A DNA stretch of 64,000 bases from Candidatus Poribacteria bacterium (GCA_965205015.1 OZ242029.1:448001-512000), one strand, 5' to 3'. Shown: positions 27,251 through 37,938, counted from the first letter of the stretch. Notes: generated by a model from the sequence alone, not told the origin. A program made the numbers and translations.

Positions 27251-29878
27251 CTAACGTTTCTCGACCCGGAAACTGGCATCCAACGCCTTTTCAACTCGGA
27301 CTTGCGATTCTTCAAGGTGCGCAAAACTGTAATCGTCAAGGTTACCTCTGGCATTTTGAAGTACGCGCTGTATCTTACCCCTGATTTGTCCGAGATGGAG
27401 ACGTGCAAGCGATCGCGCATCTTCAGGCGTGCCACTGTCGGCTTCCAACACCAGTTTGATGAGTTGCTTCAAGTGCTCACGCTGCAAACCGCGACGGAAA
27501 CTGGAGATGAACGCATCTGAATTCGACCACTGCTTCGCACCCGCATCCCTCCCGAGTTCGACCCAGACTGCATCCGTAATGCCTGAAAAGAGTTCTGGCA
27601 GTGTGAACGCCTCCTCACCCTTAGGGAACTTAAGTTCAGCGTCCTGAACGCGGGACAGAACCGAGGGATAAAGCATGCGTTCCAAGATGAGGGTTTGATT
27701 GCGCAGAATAACATCATGCACCGGATAATCGAAACGTGTAGAGGTCCAACTATCTCCGCCCCAATCACTCCAACGGGTAATTGCCAGACTATTGAGGAGT
27801 TCGGGCGAGAAACTGAAGGCTTTATCTGAAAGGGCATATTCCTTGATGAATTGGAGTGCCTCGCGTTGTTTCGCTGCTGGCACAGGCACAAACGGTAGAC
27901 GCCCATTCTCATCACCCCGATGATCGCGATGGTGATACTGCCCACCGATGTATCGGCTTGCGAGATACATTGTGAAACCGTGTTCATACAGCAGACTCCC
28001 AAAAGCACGCCTGACCCGCTGATAGCCCATCCCTTCCTTCGCAACTTTGTCGGCAATCTTATCCCAGAGTCCCACAACGACCTCGCGTCGTTGCTTAGCA
28101 AACGCAAGCGGATCATCACCGAGGTCCCACCGATTTACCAGTGGATCGAGGTCTCTGAAGCGGTACCCATAAGCGTCTTCATCTGTACCATAAGTGAGTT
28201 CTGATGATGCAACACGGGAAGCGATCTCACCTAACGCTTTCAATTCACCTTCGGGTTTGCTGGCATCAATGGGTTTATAGGCGTACTCGACCACCCAGTA
28301 ATCCCAAGGTCCGATCGTCTTTGTATAGTAATCCCCCTGTTCCTGACCTTCCGGTGCGATATTCACGGCATCGTATTCCATAACGGAGCCGATAAGTGCT
28401 TCGCCCTTCTTTTTGTTCAAGTCGTCAAGAGAGAAGATCGTACTCGCTTTAAAGTTGTGGCGGAATCCCAACGTATGTCCGACTTCGTGCATCGTTAACG
28501 TCTTGAGTGCCTCCCCAATGAACTCCTCCGGGAGCTCACCGTCTTCGTCAGCCAAACCCCGTGCCTGCAAGACACTTGCCATAAAGCCCATCTGCCGTGC
28601 TAATCCGGATGCGATCTGACATTGGAAGTGTGAAGAGTGGTCCATCGGGTGGTCGCGTTCATGTGCTACCTCATCAAAGAACGTCGTATACTCGCGCTGC
28701 CAGTACCGGATCCAACTTTCACCGATAAGGATATCGGCATCCAAGATCTGTCCCGTCAACGGGTTCACGCGAGAGGGACCGATCGCGAACCCCGCGCCAA
28801 CCATCCAACGAATCGTATTGTACCGCGCATCTTCGGGGTCCCAGTCCTCATGGTCTTGCTGAATCCGCGCTTCAATCGCATCGGCAAAGCCTATTTTTTC
28901 AAACGCCTTGTTCCATTCCAGAATCCCCTGTCGGACATAGGGACGGTAGCGATGCGGTACGGTTTTCTCAATGTAGAAGATGATCGGTGCTTTTGGGGGT
29001 GAAAGTTTCGCATCTTTGTCGGCTTTCTCCAAATGCCAGCGGTTGACATACCGGATAAAAGGGGCATCACTGGTTTTAGACGAATAGTCTTTGACCGCCG
29101 TCATAAAATGTCCGAGGCGATCATCAGCCAATCGGGGACGATAATTGTTCTCTGGAAGTCCAGCGAGACTGTAGTGCAGCGTCAACTGGATCCCACGACT
29201 GTCCGGAATGGTACTCATATTCCTTTGGGAACTGTAGACAGCATTGACTTTTAACTCAACGTTCTTCGGGAACGCCTTGACTGCTCCCCACGTACTCCGC
29301 GTTTTGTCGAAGCGGGCATCAGATGCAATACGGCGTGCCAAAGGCGGTAGGTCGGATATGAAAACCGGAGAGATGTTCACCAGCACGCTCTTCCGTTGCG
29401 GGTGGATGCTTTCAATCTTGAGGGAGAACAGCACGGAGTCGTTGTGCCCTAAGTCAACCGCTTCTGCAATCGGTGTCCCTTTGTCCGCACGGAAACGCAC
29501 ATTTTTTCGCACCAGATGCACCTTGTCCCCGACACGCCGCCAGACGAGCATCCACTCCTCCAGCGTCATCCCTGAAAGGAGGAATCCTTGCCCCAGACCG
29601 CGCGCAACGCTAATCATGCACAGAAAGGGCTTGTCCAACTGGGAGGGTTGAATTTCGCAATAGAGGTTCTCTTTTTTCTGGTACAGTTTGAAAAAGCCCT
29701 CGTAACTTTTACTGTCCTCGGTCACCTTTGAAAAATCTTCAAACTCTTTCTTCTTTTTTGCGGGTGCTTCCTGTGTCGTCGGTTTTGCGGGTTGTGTCGC
29801 TTCCTGAGCAGATACCGAAAAGCAAAAAACCCCTATTAGAATTAGACAGATCCAGAAAGTCAATTGATATCGCATCAT
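27251..29878 (-). CDS. Secreted zinc-dependent metalloprotease (EcxA-like, DUF5117/DUF4953 metzincin)
   Basis: Signal peptide; PRLADDRLGHF; HEVGHTLGFRHNF zinc motif; Met-turn SVMEY. Confidence 0.9.
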   Translation of the reverse strand: MMRYQLTFWICLILIGVFCFSVSAQEATQPAKPTTQEAPAKKKKEFEDFSKVTEDSKSYEGFFKLYQKKENLYCEIQPSQLDKPFLCMISVARGLGQGFLLSGMTLEEWMLVWRRVGDKVHLVRKNVRFRADKGTPIAEAVDLGHNDSVLFSLKIESIHPQRKSVLVNISPVFISDLPPLARRIASDARFDKTRSTWGAVKAFPKNVELKVNAVYSSQRNMSTIPDSRGIQLTLHYSLAGLPENNYRPRLADDRLGHFMTAVKDYSSKTSDAPFIRYVNRWHLEKADKDAKLSPPKAPIIFYIEKTVPHRYRPYVRQGILEWNKAFEKIGFADAIEARIQQDHEDWDPEDARYNTIRWMVGAGFAIGPSRVNPLTGQILDADILIGESWIRYWQREYTTFFDEVAHERDHPMDHSSHFQCQIASGLARQMGFMASVLQARGLADEDGELPEEFIGEALKTLTMHEVGHTLGFRHNFKASTIFSLDDLNKKKGEALIGSVMEYDAVNIAPEGQEQGDYYTKTIGPWDYWVVEYAYKPIDASKPEGELKALGEIASRVASSELTYGTDEDAYGYRFRDLDPLVNRWDLGDDPLAFAKQRREVVVGLWDKIADKVAKEGMGYQRVRRAFGSLLYEHGFTMYLASRYIGGQYHHRDHRGDENGRLPFVPVPAAKQREALQFIKEYALSDKAFSFSPELLNSLAITRWSDWGGDSWTSTRFDYPVHDVILRNQTLILERMLYPSVLSRVQDAELKFPKGEEAFTLPELFSGITDAVWVELGRDAGAKQWSNSDAFISSFRRGLQREHLKQLIKLVLEADSGTPEDARSLARLHLGQIRGKIQRVLQNARGNLDDYSFAHLEESQVRVEKALDASFRVEKR

Positions 29879-29922
29879 CTCTCCTCCTTATTTCATTACC
29901 GATAGACAAATACGCGTGAGTG

Positions 29923-30021
29923 CTACCAGTGTGAGAGGTTTAGGTGTCTTTTTCCGCGCCAATCCGTTTCTGCCGTAGGTTTACCGTCCGAAGAGGGATA
30001 GAAGGGTGTTGGCACAGACAT
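29923..30021 (-). pseudogene. N-terminal stub resembling a Uma2/DUF820 endonuclease
   Basis: MSVPTPFYPSSDGKPTAETDW..., matching the YPxSDGKPMAET start typical of Uma2 proteins; stops after 32 codons. Confidence 0.55.
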
Positions 30022-30085
30022 GATTTTTTTCCGCAGGGTGCTACCTCCTCAAAGGATTATCAAACTGCCAAGACTTTCGTCATTA

Positions 30086-30114
30086 AGGATAACACACAAG
30101 GTGCGAAATGTCAA
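30086..30114 (-). promoter_or_regulatory. sigma70-type promoter upstream of the stub and metalloprotease
   Basis: Minus strand TTGACA-17 bp-TATCCT. Confidence 0.6.
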
Positions 30115-30145
30115 TTTGCATCAAGGTCTTCTTGTTATCCCCACT

Positions 30146-30901
30146 TTACTGATAATGAATCCGCCGATTGCCATCGAATGAAAACCTGGGCCAATCACGT
30201 TCCCAGTTTTCGGAGGCGTAAGGGATATAATGGCACGCCAAGGCGTGTCTACGCGTTCCCGACTTCAAAATTTCCGCGCCCCCGTGGATTAACTTTCCAT
30301 CAAATAGAATCACGTCCCCAGCATTCACCATCACCTGAACTGCGTCGGTTCCGTTTTCGTCGAAAACCTGTTTGACGGCTGGAAAATAACGGTTGTGCTG
30401 TTGCAACTCGTACGTCTCTCCGGGCAACAATGTCATCGGCACATCATTTTTCGTAATCAATCGACCCCGGTTCGACCCCGGCTGGACTATCAGGGGTCCA
30501 TTATCTTCATCAACACGAACCATCGCAAGCCAAGCGGATATGCAATCGGGTAGATAATACTGGTCTTGATGCAGCGGATGCTCCGATCCTTCATAAAAAT
30601 GCATCGTTTGGATGCCTTCCGGTTCCCCACCGAAACAATCCGCGAGCGGCTTATGTAAGCGCGGATCAATAAGCATATCCAGCACGACGGGATCGTAAAG
30701 ATGCTGATTAAAGGTTCGAGACCCGTATTTATCCTGTTGAAAGAACCCCTCAAGTTGCTTGTGACCTGTGTGCAGGTCTTCCATGTGCTTAACAAAACGC
30801 TGACATTCCTCTTGCGAGAAAACACCTTCAAGAACGAGATACCCATTCTCTTGATAAAATGTTTTTTGTGCAGGTGTCAAACCTGTCTTTTCGGATGCCA
30901 T
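30146..30901 (-). CDS. Phytanoyl-CoA dioxygenase (PhyH) family
   Basis: FYQENGYLVL, PLHQDQYY, NGPLIVQPGS, LIHGG and RRHALACHY. Confidence 0.9.
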   Translation of the reverse strand: MASEKTGLTPAQKTFYQENGYLVLEGVFSQEECQRFVKHMEDLHTGHKQLEGFFQQDKYGSRTFNQHLYDPVVLDMLIDPRLHKPLADCFGGEPEGIQTMHFYEGSEHPLHQDQYYLPDCISAWLAMVRVDEDNGPLIVQPGSNRGRLITKNDVPMTLLPGETYELQQHNRYFPAVKQVFDENGTDAVQVMVNAGDVILFDGKLIHGGAEILKSGTRRHALACHYIPYASENWERDWPRFSFDGNRRIHYQ

Positions 30902-31076
30902 TTTCCCTCCTCAAGAAGTTGCAGACTCTTTTTAGCGGCTTCTCTTTTTATTTTATCACAATCTTTGGTGACACTGTAGTTAAATTCTTAGATTCTGAAG
31001 GGTTTGACAGCCTTTACCAAAACTGTTATCATATTTGCAAGTATTTTCGCCAAAGAGGGTTGAAAGGAGACGATTA

Positions 31077-31826
31077 ATGGAAAGGGTTCCGAAGATTGTC
31101 GCAATTGGTGGGGGAGAAATTAGTGAACAGGAAACCGAGGCGATTGATAGACGTATCATTGAATTAACCGGCAAAACACAGCCGAAGGCACTCTTTATTC
31201 CAACCGCCAGTAGCGATGCTCATGGATATATTGAGACGTTTGAGACATATTACGGCGGACATCTCGGGTGTCAAACGCGGAGTCTCAAACTCACACAAGA
31301 GCCACCAGCATTTGATGAGATGTCAGCACTCGTGTTGGACTCGGACCTTATTTATGTTGGGGGCGGAAACACGCTCCGAATGATGAAACTCTGGCGACGG
31401 CTGGGATTAGATACCGTGCTGGCGGAAGCCGCATCCCGCGGCATCGTCCTATCAGGTCTCAGTGCCGGGGCGATCTGCTGGTTTAAATACGGACATAGCG
31501 ATTCCCAGTCTTTCACCAGCAATCCGAAATGGGACTATATCCGTGTGAGGGGACTCGGATTCATCAACGCTATATACTGCCCGCACTATCACTTCGAGAA
31601 GCGAGAACATAGTTTTTCACAGACAATTGCAAAGCGAAGCGGGATCGGCATCGCCTGTGATAACAACGCCGCAATTGAGATCGTAGGTGATCACTATCGC
31701 ATTATCACTTCTGCCCCTACCGGGAAGGCATACAAACTCTTTAAGCGTAAAGGAGAAGTTGTTCGTACGGAATTATCCGAAAATAGTGACTACACATCTT
31801 TAGCCGACCTTTTAAGGCGGAGATAA
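31077..31826 (+). CDS. pepE: Peptidase E (S51) family
   Basis: FIPTAS, IYVGGGNT, GLSAGA and CPHY. Confidence 0.88.
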   Translation: MERVPKIVAIGGGEISEQETEAIDRRIIELTGKTQPKALFIPTASSDAHGYIETFETYYGGHLGCQTRSLKLTQEPPAFDEMSALVLDSDLIYVGGGNTLRMMKLWRRLGLDTVLAEAASRGIVLSGLSAGAICWFKYGHSDSQSFTSNPKWDYIRVRGLGFINAIYCPHYHFEKREHSFSQTIAKRSGIGIACDNNAAIEIVGDHYRIITSAPTGKAYKLFKRKGEVVRTELSENSDYTSLADLLRRR

Positions 31827-31848
31827 CGCCAAAACACGGAAACCGAAA

Positions 31849-32088
31849 TATGTCTTGACGGATTGCCCGCGCCGTACCATTCTATCCCAATCAACACTTT
31901 TTAAAGAATTGAAAGCACTTCCCGGTGTTGTCGATGCGCAACGGAACATCCTGTACGACATATTTCAGACGCTTTCAGGAAATGTGTCAATTCCCACGCC
32001 TCCCCCTATAAACTTCTGAGTATCCAAATTATGTCTTGACCGATTACACACCCTATGCTATCCTATCCACATCAATACTTTTAAGAAG
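31849..32088 (+). repeat. Two diverged ~60-bp promoter-containing direct repeats (31849-31908 and 32030-32088)
   Basis: tatgtcttgac(g/c)gatt...ctatcc..atcaa(c/t)actttt..aagaa. Each copy holds a TTGAC(G/C)-17-(CATTCT/TATCCT) promoter-like pair. Confidence 0.65.
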
Positions 32089-32168
32089 GAGGAGGACCTT
32101 TTCTCTTCGCGATGGAAGCCTCGTAAACCTTGGTCGGGGATGTGGAGAGTTTCGGTTACCATATTTTT

Positions 32169-33185
32169 ATGCAAGTTGCAGCAATGTTTGGTGAGGGTAA
32201 GGGAGGCGTGGTAGATAAACCCGATCCTCAGGCAGCAGGAGATATCGTCGTTGTTAAAATTCATGCCGTCCCAATGTGTACAGAATATAAAGGATTCATA
32301 TCTGGCGGCACCGGCGATAATTTTGGTCACGAAGCCGCTGGAGAAGTCGTCGAAGTCGCACAACCCGGTCGTGTCAAGGTAGGCGACCGTGTGGTGGTGC
32401 AGCCACAGAACTCCTGTGGGAAGTGCGAGATGTGTGCGATTGGTGAGCATATCCACTGCCTCAAAGGACGGAACATCCAGGAGATTCTCGGGACGGAACC
32501 GGCTTCAGCGACTTACGCGCAGTATATGCACAAAATGGAAGATCTGTTGTCTCCAATTCCAGATGGTGTAAGCTACGCACACGCCGGGATGGCGTGTTGT
32601 GGATTGGGACCGACATTCGGTGCCATGGAGCAGATGCAGGTCAATTCATTAGATACCGTCATGGTTACCGGATTGGGTCCCGTTGGACTTGGCGGGATTG
32701 TGAATGCCCGGTACCGCGGTGCGCGTGTCATCGGTGTTGAAAGCCACCCGTATCGCGCCGCACTCGCGAAAAAATTAGGCGCAGACATTGTCTTCAATCC
32801 GATGGATGAAGATATCCTCGATCAGATCCAAGACTTTACGGACGGAGTCGGCGTTGACAAAGCATTGGACTGCTCAGGCGCGTCTGCGGCACACCGGTTG
32901 ATGGTCGATGCTGCCCGCAGGAAAGGACAGGTCACGTTCGTTGGAGAAGGTGGGGAATTTCCGCTTGGCGCAAGCCGAGATATGATTCGGAAAGGTCTCG
33001 TGCTACGCGGGAATTGGCACTATAACCTCGGTGTCTATCCAAAATTGATGCAGGTGATTCAGAGTGTGCCTGAACAAATAGATACCTTCATCACTCACAC
33101 GTTCCCGATGCATGACGTTCAGACAGCGTGGGAATTGCAAGCAACAGGTGAGTGTGGTAAGGTTGTGCTGGATCCGTGGGCATAG
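32169..33185 (+). CDS. Zinc-binding (MDR) alcohol dehydrogenase
   Basis: GHEAAGEV, CGKCEMC..G..IHC and GLGPVG. Confidence 0.9.
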   Translation: MQVAAMFGEGKGGVVDKPDPQAAGDIVVVKIHAVPMCTEYKGFISGGTGDNFGHEAAGEVVEVAQPGRVKVGDRVVVQPQNSCGKCEMCAIGEHIHCLKGRNIQEILGTEPASATYAQYMHKMEDLLSPIPDGVSYAHAGMACCGLGPTFGAMEQMQVNSLDTVMVTGLGPVGLGGIVNARYRGARVIGVESHPYRAALAKKLGADIVFNPMDEDILDQIQDFTDGVGVDKALDCSGASAAHRLMVDAARRKGQVTFVGEGGEFPLGASRDMIRKGLVLRGNWHYNLGVYPKLMQVIQSVPEQIDTFITHTFPMHDVQTAWELQATGECGKVVLDPWA

Positions 33186-33243
33186 CCTCTTTTTAAATGT
33201 TCCCTACGGGTCAAGATCAGGGATTCATCCTTCAACACGTCTT

Positions 33244-34593
33244 TCAGACGGTTGCGTCTTGGAGACGACGGAGTTTGAGGACGAAAGACGCTTCGTTGAG
33301 CTCTACCATATCATAAGAGATCGCTTCCCCTTGAGAAACATCGCTTTTGAGTTTGACATCATACGCCAAACCGAGGGGAAGTAGATTCTCAGCGCGTGCA
33401 ACTTCCGCCTTTTCAATGAGTCCGTTGACGGTATACCCACCACTTCCATCAAGGGCTTCTCCGGCTTTCAAATTGCGTTTAGCAACCGTAATCACATCCG
33501 CAACGGGTGTCGGCAGCGGCGTGCCTGTTGGTTGTCCATAGAGCGCAGCTTTTGCAATCGAAATAGGTGCTTCAACAGCCACTAAGTGATACGGACGGTA
33601 AAGAAGATAGTTCTTTCCGTTCCCACCGGGATAGAGATTGTAGCCAGCAAGATCTTCTTGCGTGAACGGGTGATCCGTCCGAATGACAACGAACACTCCC
33701 ATCCGAAGCGGATTCTCCAGCATCGTCCTCCCATCGGTCGCAACACTGTTTGCGAGCTCTACGACCCCGTGTCGGTTTAGAATACCCCCCTCCTCTTGAA
33801 GGCTGAAGACCTTGGCAATGTCTTCAATGTTCACTGAAGGTTCGTGCATACCGCGGATATCCGGTGGCAGTCCTGCCATATTTGCCAACGAGGTCATTTC
33901 AATTTGCGCTTTCGATCCATCTCGAAATGAATTGAACATCTTGAAGTTAATCGTGCGACGCTCAATATGTTCTTGGCTAAATCCGAATCTCTGAGGAACG
34001 GTATCTGGTATCCCGACACGATCATCGTCATAGAACACGGTGCCGCGTCCGGCAGCGACGATTTCAAAACCGAGCGTTTTTGACCACTCAACGATGTTCA
34101 TCGTCACACCGGGCTGATCCCCGTCGACGAGCGTATAAACAACCCCCGCGGTGTCTGCCAAGCGTCTCAGAAACGGACCGATAGTCACATCGGTCTCGAC
34201 GTTAACCATCACCAGATGCTTCTTGTGCATCAGGGTATGGTACGCCATTCGCGCGCCGACTTCAGGGATACCGGTGGCTTCAACAACCACATCAATTAAA
34301 TCCGATTGGATAATGTGTAGTCCATCTTCAGTGATTGCGCGTTTACCGCTGCGGATCGCATCGTTCATTGCGTCAACGTTTCCCACCCGCTGAATCGCGT
34401 CGGAGAGGACATCGCTGACTTTATACGCGCCTTTAGCATGTCCCAAGTCAATGTCGGCAATTGCGCTTGCCACCATACCTTGCATCTGCGAGATTTGCGC
34501 CACCAGCCCGGCACCAAATTTCCCCGCACCGATGATACCGACCCGGATCGGATTATTCTCCGCTGCGCGCTTGGCAAGTTGTGTACTGAACAT
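33244..34593 (-). CDS. Homoserine-dehydrogenase-like NAD(P) oxidoreductase with C-terminal SAF domain
   Basis: IGAGKFG, NVETDVTIGP, GDQPG, YRPYHL and AKRNLKAGEALDGSGGY. Confidence 0.88.
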   Translation of the reverse strand: MFSTQLAKRAAENNPIRVGIIGAGKFGAGLVAQISQMQGMVASAIADIDLGHAKGAYKVSDVLSDAIQRVGNVDAMNDAIRSGKRAITEDGLHIIQSDLIDVVVEATGIPEVGARMAYHTLMHKKHLVMVNVETDVTIGPFLRRLADTAGVVYTLVDGDQPGVTMNIVEWSKTLGFEIVAAGRGTVFYDDDRVGIPDTVPQRFGFSQEHIERRTINFKMFNSFRDGSKAQIEMTSLANMAGLPPDIRGMHEPSVNIEDIAKVFSLQEEGGILNRHGVVELANSVATDGRTMLENPLRMGVFVVIRTDHPFTQEDLAGYNLYPGGNGKNYLLYRPYHLVAVEAPISIAKAALYGQPTGTPLPTPVADVITVAKRNLKAGEALDGSGGYTVNGLIEKAEVARAENLLPLGLAYDVKLKSDVSQGEAISYDMVELNEASFVLKLRRLQDATV

Positions 34594-34646
34594 CAGGACT
34601 CCTCTTCGGAGGTCCCGCGATGGCGTGCCTCCGCTGATTTGAAACG

Positions 34647-35216
34647 CTATTGAACACGTTTCTCATATGCTGCGCGTGTCATCTCAAAGTCCACCGTTTT
34701 TCCGTCGTCCACTTCTCGTGAAACGGTGAATCCGAGTGACTCCCACAACGTTTTTGAACGGGCATTGTCTACCCGGACATCCATCGGACAGAACCGATCA
34801 ATCCCCAATTTCTCAAACGCGTGCGCGACTAAACACCGCACGACCTCTTTTCCGTAGCCTTTACCCCACAAGGTTTTGTCCCAAATTCCGATGGGTAGGC
34901 GCATTATCTTTTCACCCTCGATTTTTCCTCGCTCCAAGTTCATCCACTGCAAACAGACCTCGCCGATGGTGCGTCCGCTTGCTTTTTCTACAATCGCGAA
35001 CAAAAAACCGTCTTTTGCCATCGCCTTGCCAGCGGCTTTGAGATAGTCTTTCGTTATGGGTTCATCCGGTGGCTCCCCCTCCATCGCCAGTAGGAAATCA
35101 GGGTCATTGTAAAAGGGGACCGCAATATCAAAATCAGCATCTTTAAAGGGGCGAAGTCTGAGCCGTTTAGTTTCCAAGTGAATACTGTGGCCTGCAAAAT
35201 TACCGGGTTGTAGCAT
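34647..35216 (-). CDS. RimJ/RimL-type GNAT acetyltransferase
   Basis: LETKRLRLRPF, WGKGYGKE and NARSKTLWESLGF. Confidence 0.85.
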   Translation of the reverse strand: MLQPGNFAGHSIHLETKRLRLRPFKDADFDIAVPFYNDPDFLLAMEGEPPDEPITKDYLKAAGKAMAKDGFLFAIVEKASGRTIGEVCLQWMNLERGKIEGEKIMRLPIGIWDKTLWGKGYGKEVVRCLVAHAFEKLGIDRFCPMDVRVDNARSKTLWESLGFTVSREVDDGKTVDFEMTRAAYEKRVQ

Positions 35217-35240
35217 ACCTAAAACGCTCCTTACCCATTA

Positions 35241-35654
35241 TTAGAGGATTTCTGTAATCCATTCACCATCATGTGCCGGATTATAGATGAGTCCCTCTTT
35301 TATATCAAGACAGAGATCGAGATGTTCCAATACCATGTGTCCGACGAGAACAGGTGATCCGTCGGGCAGATCGGTAACCTGTATTGACCTTGTTCGTCCC
35401 AATATCGTAAATTGGACTTCTGAATAGAGAATGCGCTCAGCAATACCAGTGGCAGTGCGGACTCTTGTCGACTCGACCGGCGTGAGTCCGAGTCGTTCAA
35501 TGAGGGGAGTCGGCAAACAAAGCCCTGTTGCCCCCGTATCAACGAGGGCATCCGTAATGGTAAGCCGCCGCACGTCTTCCGGATCCATAACGCCTAATTT
35601 CACGGCTACCAAGTCGTATAGATTTTCGAGTTCAATGTGTGTTGTGTGTCTCAT
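35241..35654 (-). CDS. Clan AA (retropepsin-like) aspartic protease
   Basis: ALVDTGAT and VLVGHMVLEHLDL. Confidence 0.85.
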   Translation of the reverse strand: MRHTTHIELENLYDLVAVKLGVMDPEDVRRLTITDALVDTGATGLCLPTPLIERLGLTPVESTRVRTATGIAERILYSEVQFTILGRTRSIQVTDLPDGSPVLVGHMVLEHLDLCLDIKEGLIYNPAHDGEWITEIL

Positions 35655-35784
35655 TTTTATCCTCCTCCCTTAGCGTTGAATTCTGAAATTGCGTATTGTA
35701 TTGACACGGACAATTATAGCAGATTTGAATCAGAAATATCAAGAGGAAGGTGTCTGATTTCGCGTAGAGATCACGACTATAACA

Positions 35785-37938
35785 TTATAGACTAAATAGA
35801 TAAGTAAACTTGCTCAATACTGTCCATTCGTGCTCTTGGAGGTTTCCGTCCGAAGCATTCCACGCCTGATCAAACACGAAGTAAAAATCGCTACCGGACC
35901 GGTAGATGTAATTGAGCAGAAAGTTCGCACTTGCCCGCTCTGCACTGTCGTTCCATTGCGCGTATAATTTGGTAAAGAAACGCGTATTCAACGCATAACT
36001 GATACGTGTGCCGACAACGTTTGTCGTAAACAGATCGCTTTCGGGCAGGTTAATCCAGTTGCGTTGGTATCGCATTTCAATCGCGAACTGATACGTCATC
36101 CGCCACTGGCTATCAATGCTGATACTCACACGATCGCCATGAAAGTAATCCCCGTAATCCATCTGTCCGAAGAGCGCGAGCGGACGACTGGTCTCGGTGA
36201 AAGTAGTTAGTGAAACCTGATTCATTTCGTAATCGCCAGCGGGAATCTCAACATCACCGACGCTGAAAGGTTCCTCAACACGGTCAAAAAACCGCCGGAA
36301 ATCGAGGTTGAGTCCATCGTCGGATTCCGAAATCATGTCTCCACCAACGCCTACGTCCCAACCGATGAGCCTATTATCGTGGTCTAACAGATAACTACCA
36401 GTGAACATTGCACCGACATTTCGGACACTATATCGTCTCACTTGGACTTCGTAATCGGCATTCAACATCAACGAACGGATGTCTCGTCGATGCATGAACC
36501 CCATTTTACTGGTAAATTGGGGACCGATGTCGAGATAAGACGCATTGACGTGAAAAGAGTCGTTGCGCCAGTCGTTCGAGAGATACCATGCGATATCGCG
36601 CTCGTCCGGATCTGGAGACCAGCTGCCAACGGTCATTGCCCGCATCCGCCACTGATCGTGAGGTCGAAAAAAGAGGTCTACCCCGCCGTTGCGATGATAC
36701 TCGCCGATGTCGCTCTGCCGATTGGTGAGAATGAAACCGACGCTCGAATCACTGAGAATATCGCGCTGCATCCTTAGCACAGAGAAGTTCGTCAGCGGCG
36801 CTTCTTCTGAGGCGGCGGTTGTCATGTTGAGCGCGCCCACACTGTAAGACCCGACCTTTCCCGTCAGCTTCCCACCTCCGAGAAGCCGAACCTGTTTGCC
36901 GTCTTCAATGCCGATGCGCCGACTGTAGAAGACCGACAGCGGTGGGGGCCCGAAATCTCCGATGCCTGCCCCAAAGGCGAAGAGTCCACTCCCTTCAAGG
37001 AAGAACTCGCGCCGCTCCGGAAAAAAGAGACTGAAGCGTGTGAGGTTCACCTCCTCTTGATCGGCTTCTACCTGTGCGAAATCGGTGTTCACCGTCAAAT
37101 CCAAGGTCAGGTTCGAGGTCACCCCGTATTTCATGTCTAAGCCGAGATCGCGTTCGGCAGTCCGTTGCCACTTTGTGTCGTCGAGATGCCTCGCCAAGCC
37201 ACCGAGGAGATACGGCTTGACATCAAAATAGGATGGGGAAGCGATCCCTTCTAACCCAATAAGTTTGCCTTGATACGTCGGGTGATAGGTGCCGGGCCAA
37301 CTCTCACTTCGAGGGACCTGTATCCATTGTGTCGTTTCATTCTTTCGCGCGATATTGCGTCCAAAATTCACACCCCACACCATCGAATCGCCTTTTTTAA
37401 ACCGTAACTGATTGAACGGGATCGCGATCTCAACTGTCCACCCTTTATCGTGCCGTCGTCCCGCAGCCTCCCAGATACAGTCCCAACTCCCGTTCAGATT
37501 TTCACCGCCGTCCGTGACCGCGGTGTCTGACTGCGCACCGAGCGCATTCATCCGAAAAAAGACGCACTGTCTTTTATCACCATAGGTGTCAAGCATCACA
37601 TAAACATTGTCATTTTGCCACAGCTGGCCGTCGCGCCGCATTTCGTTCGCAACAACCTTTTCCGGTTGGGAGTCGAAACACGCAAACCCGATATAAAGTT
37701 TCCCCGTACTATACAACATGCGAACCTCTGTACGCTCACTACTCGGTTGCCCTTCATCGGGGGATTGTTGGATAAAGTCATCAATGACCTGCGCCCGCGT
37801 CCAATCTTCTTCGTTGAGATGCCCATCAATTTCGATTGTGTCTTGGGTGAACAGGGGTCTAATTTCTTTGCTGGCTTCGACATGTATGCTCGTTGCTGCG
37901 ATCACAGCAAATATTACAAGCCCGATTCTGTGGCGCAT
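35785..37938 (-). CDS. CBM9-like plus DUF5916 secreted/outer-membrane protein
   Basis: IDGHLNEEDW, WTVEIAIPF and TVNTDFAQVEAD...NLTRFSLFFPERREFFLE; beta-strand-rich C-terminus. Confidence 0.85.
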   Translation of the reverse strand: MRHRIGLVIFAVIAATSIHVEASKEIRPLFTQDTIEIDGHLNEEDWTRAQVIDDFIQQSPDEGQPSSERTEVRMLYSTGKLYIGFACFDSQPEKVVANEMRRDGQLWQNDNVYVMLDTYGDKRQCVFFRMNALGAQSDTAVTDGGENLNGSWDCIWEAAGRRHDKGWTVEIAIPFNQLRFKKGDSMVWGVNFGRNIARKNETTQWIQVPRSESWPGTYHPTYQGKLIGLEGIASPSYFDVKPYLLGGLARHLDDTKWQRTAERDLGLDMKYGVTSNLTLDLTVNTDFAQVEADQEEVNLTRFSLFFPERREFFLEGSGLFAFGAGIGDFGPPPLSVFYSRRIGIEDGKQVRLLGGGKLTGKVGSYSVGALNMTTAASEEAPLTNFSVLRMQRDILSDSSVGFILTNRQSDIGEYHRNGGVDLFFRPHDQWRMRAMTVGSWSPDPDERDIAWYLSNDWRNDSFHVNASYLDIGPQFTSKMGFMHRRDIRSLMLNADYEVQVRRYSVRNVGAMFTGSYLLDHDNRLIGWDVGVGGDMISESDDGLNLDFRRFFDRVEEPFSVGDVEIPAGDYEMNQVSLTTFTETSRPLALFGQMDYGDYFHGDRVSISIDSQWRMTYQFAIEMRYQRNWINLPESDLFTTNVVGTRISYALNTRFFTKLYAQWNDSAERASANFLLNYIYRSGSDFYFVFDQAWNASDGNLQEHEWTVLSKFTYLFSL

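Noticed and set aside
32105-32150. Fluoride riboswitch (GATGG...TAAAC resemblance)
   Set aside because: It lacks the downstream pseudoknot partner (ATGACTTC-type), and the gene context does not fit.
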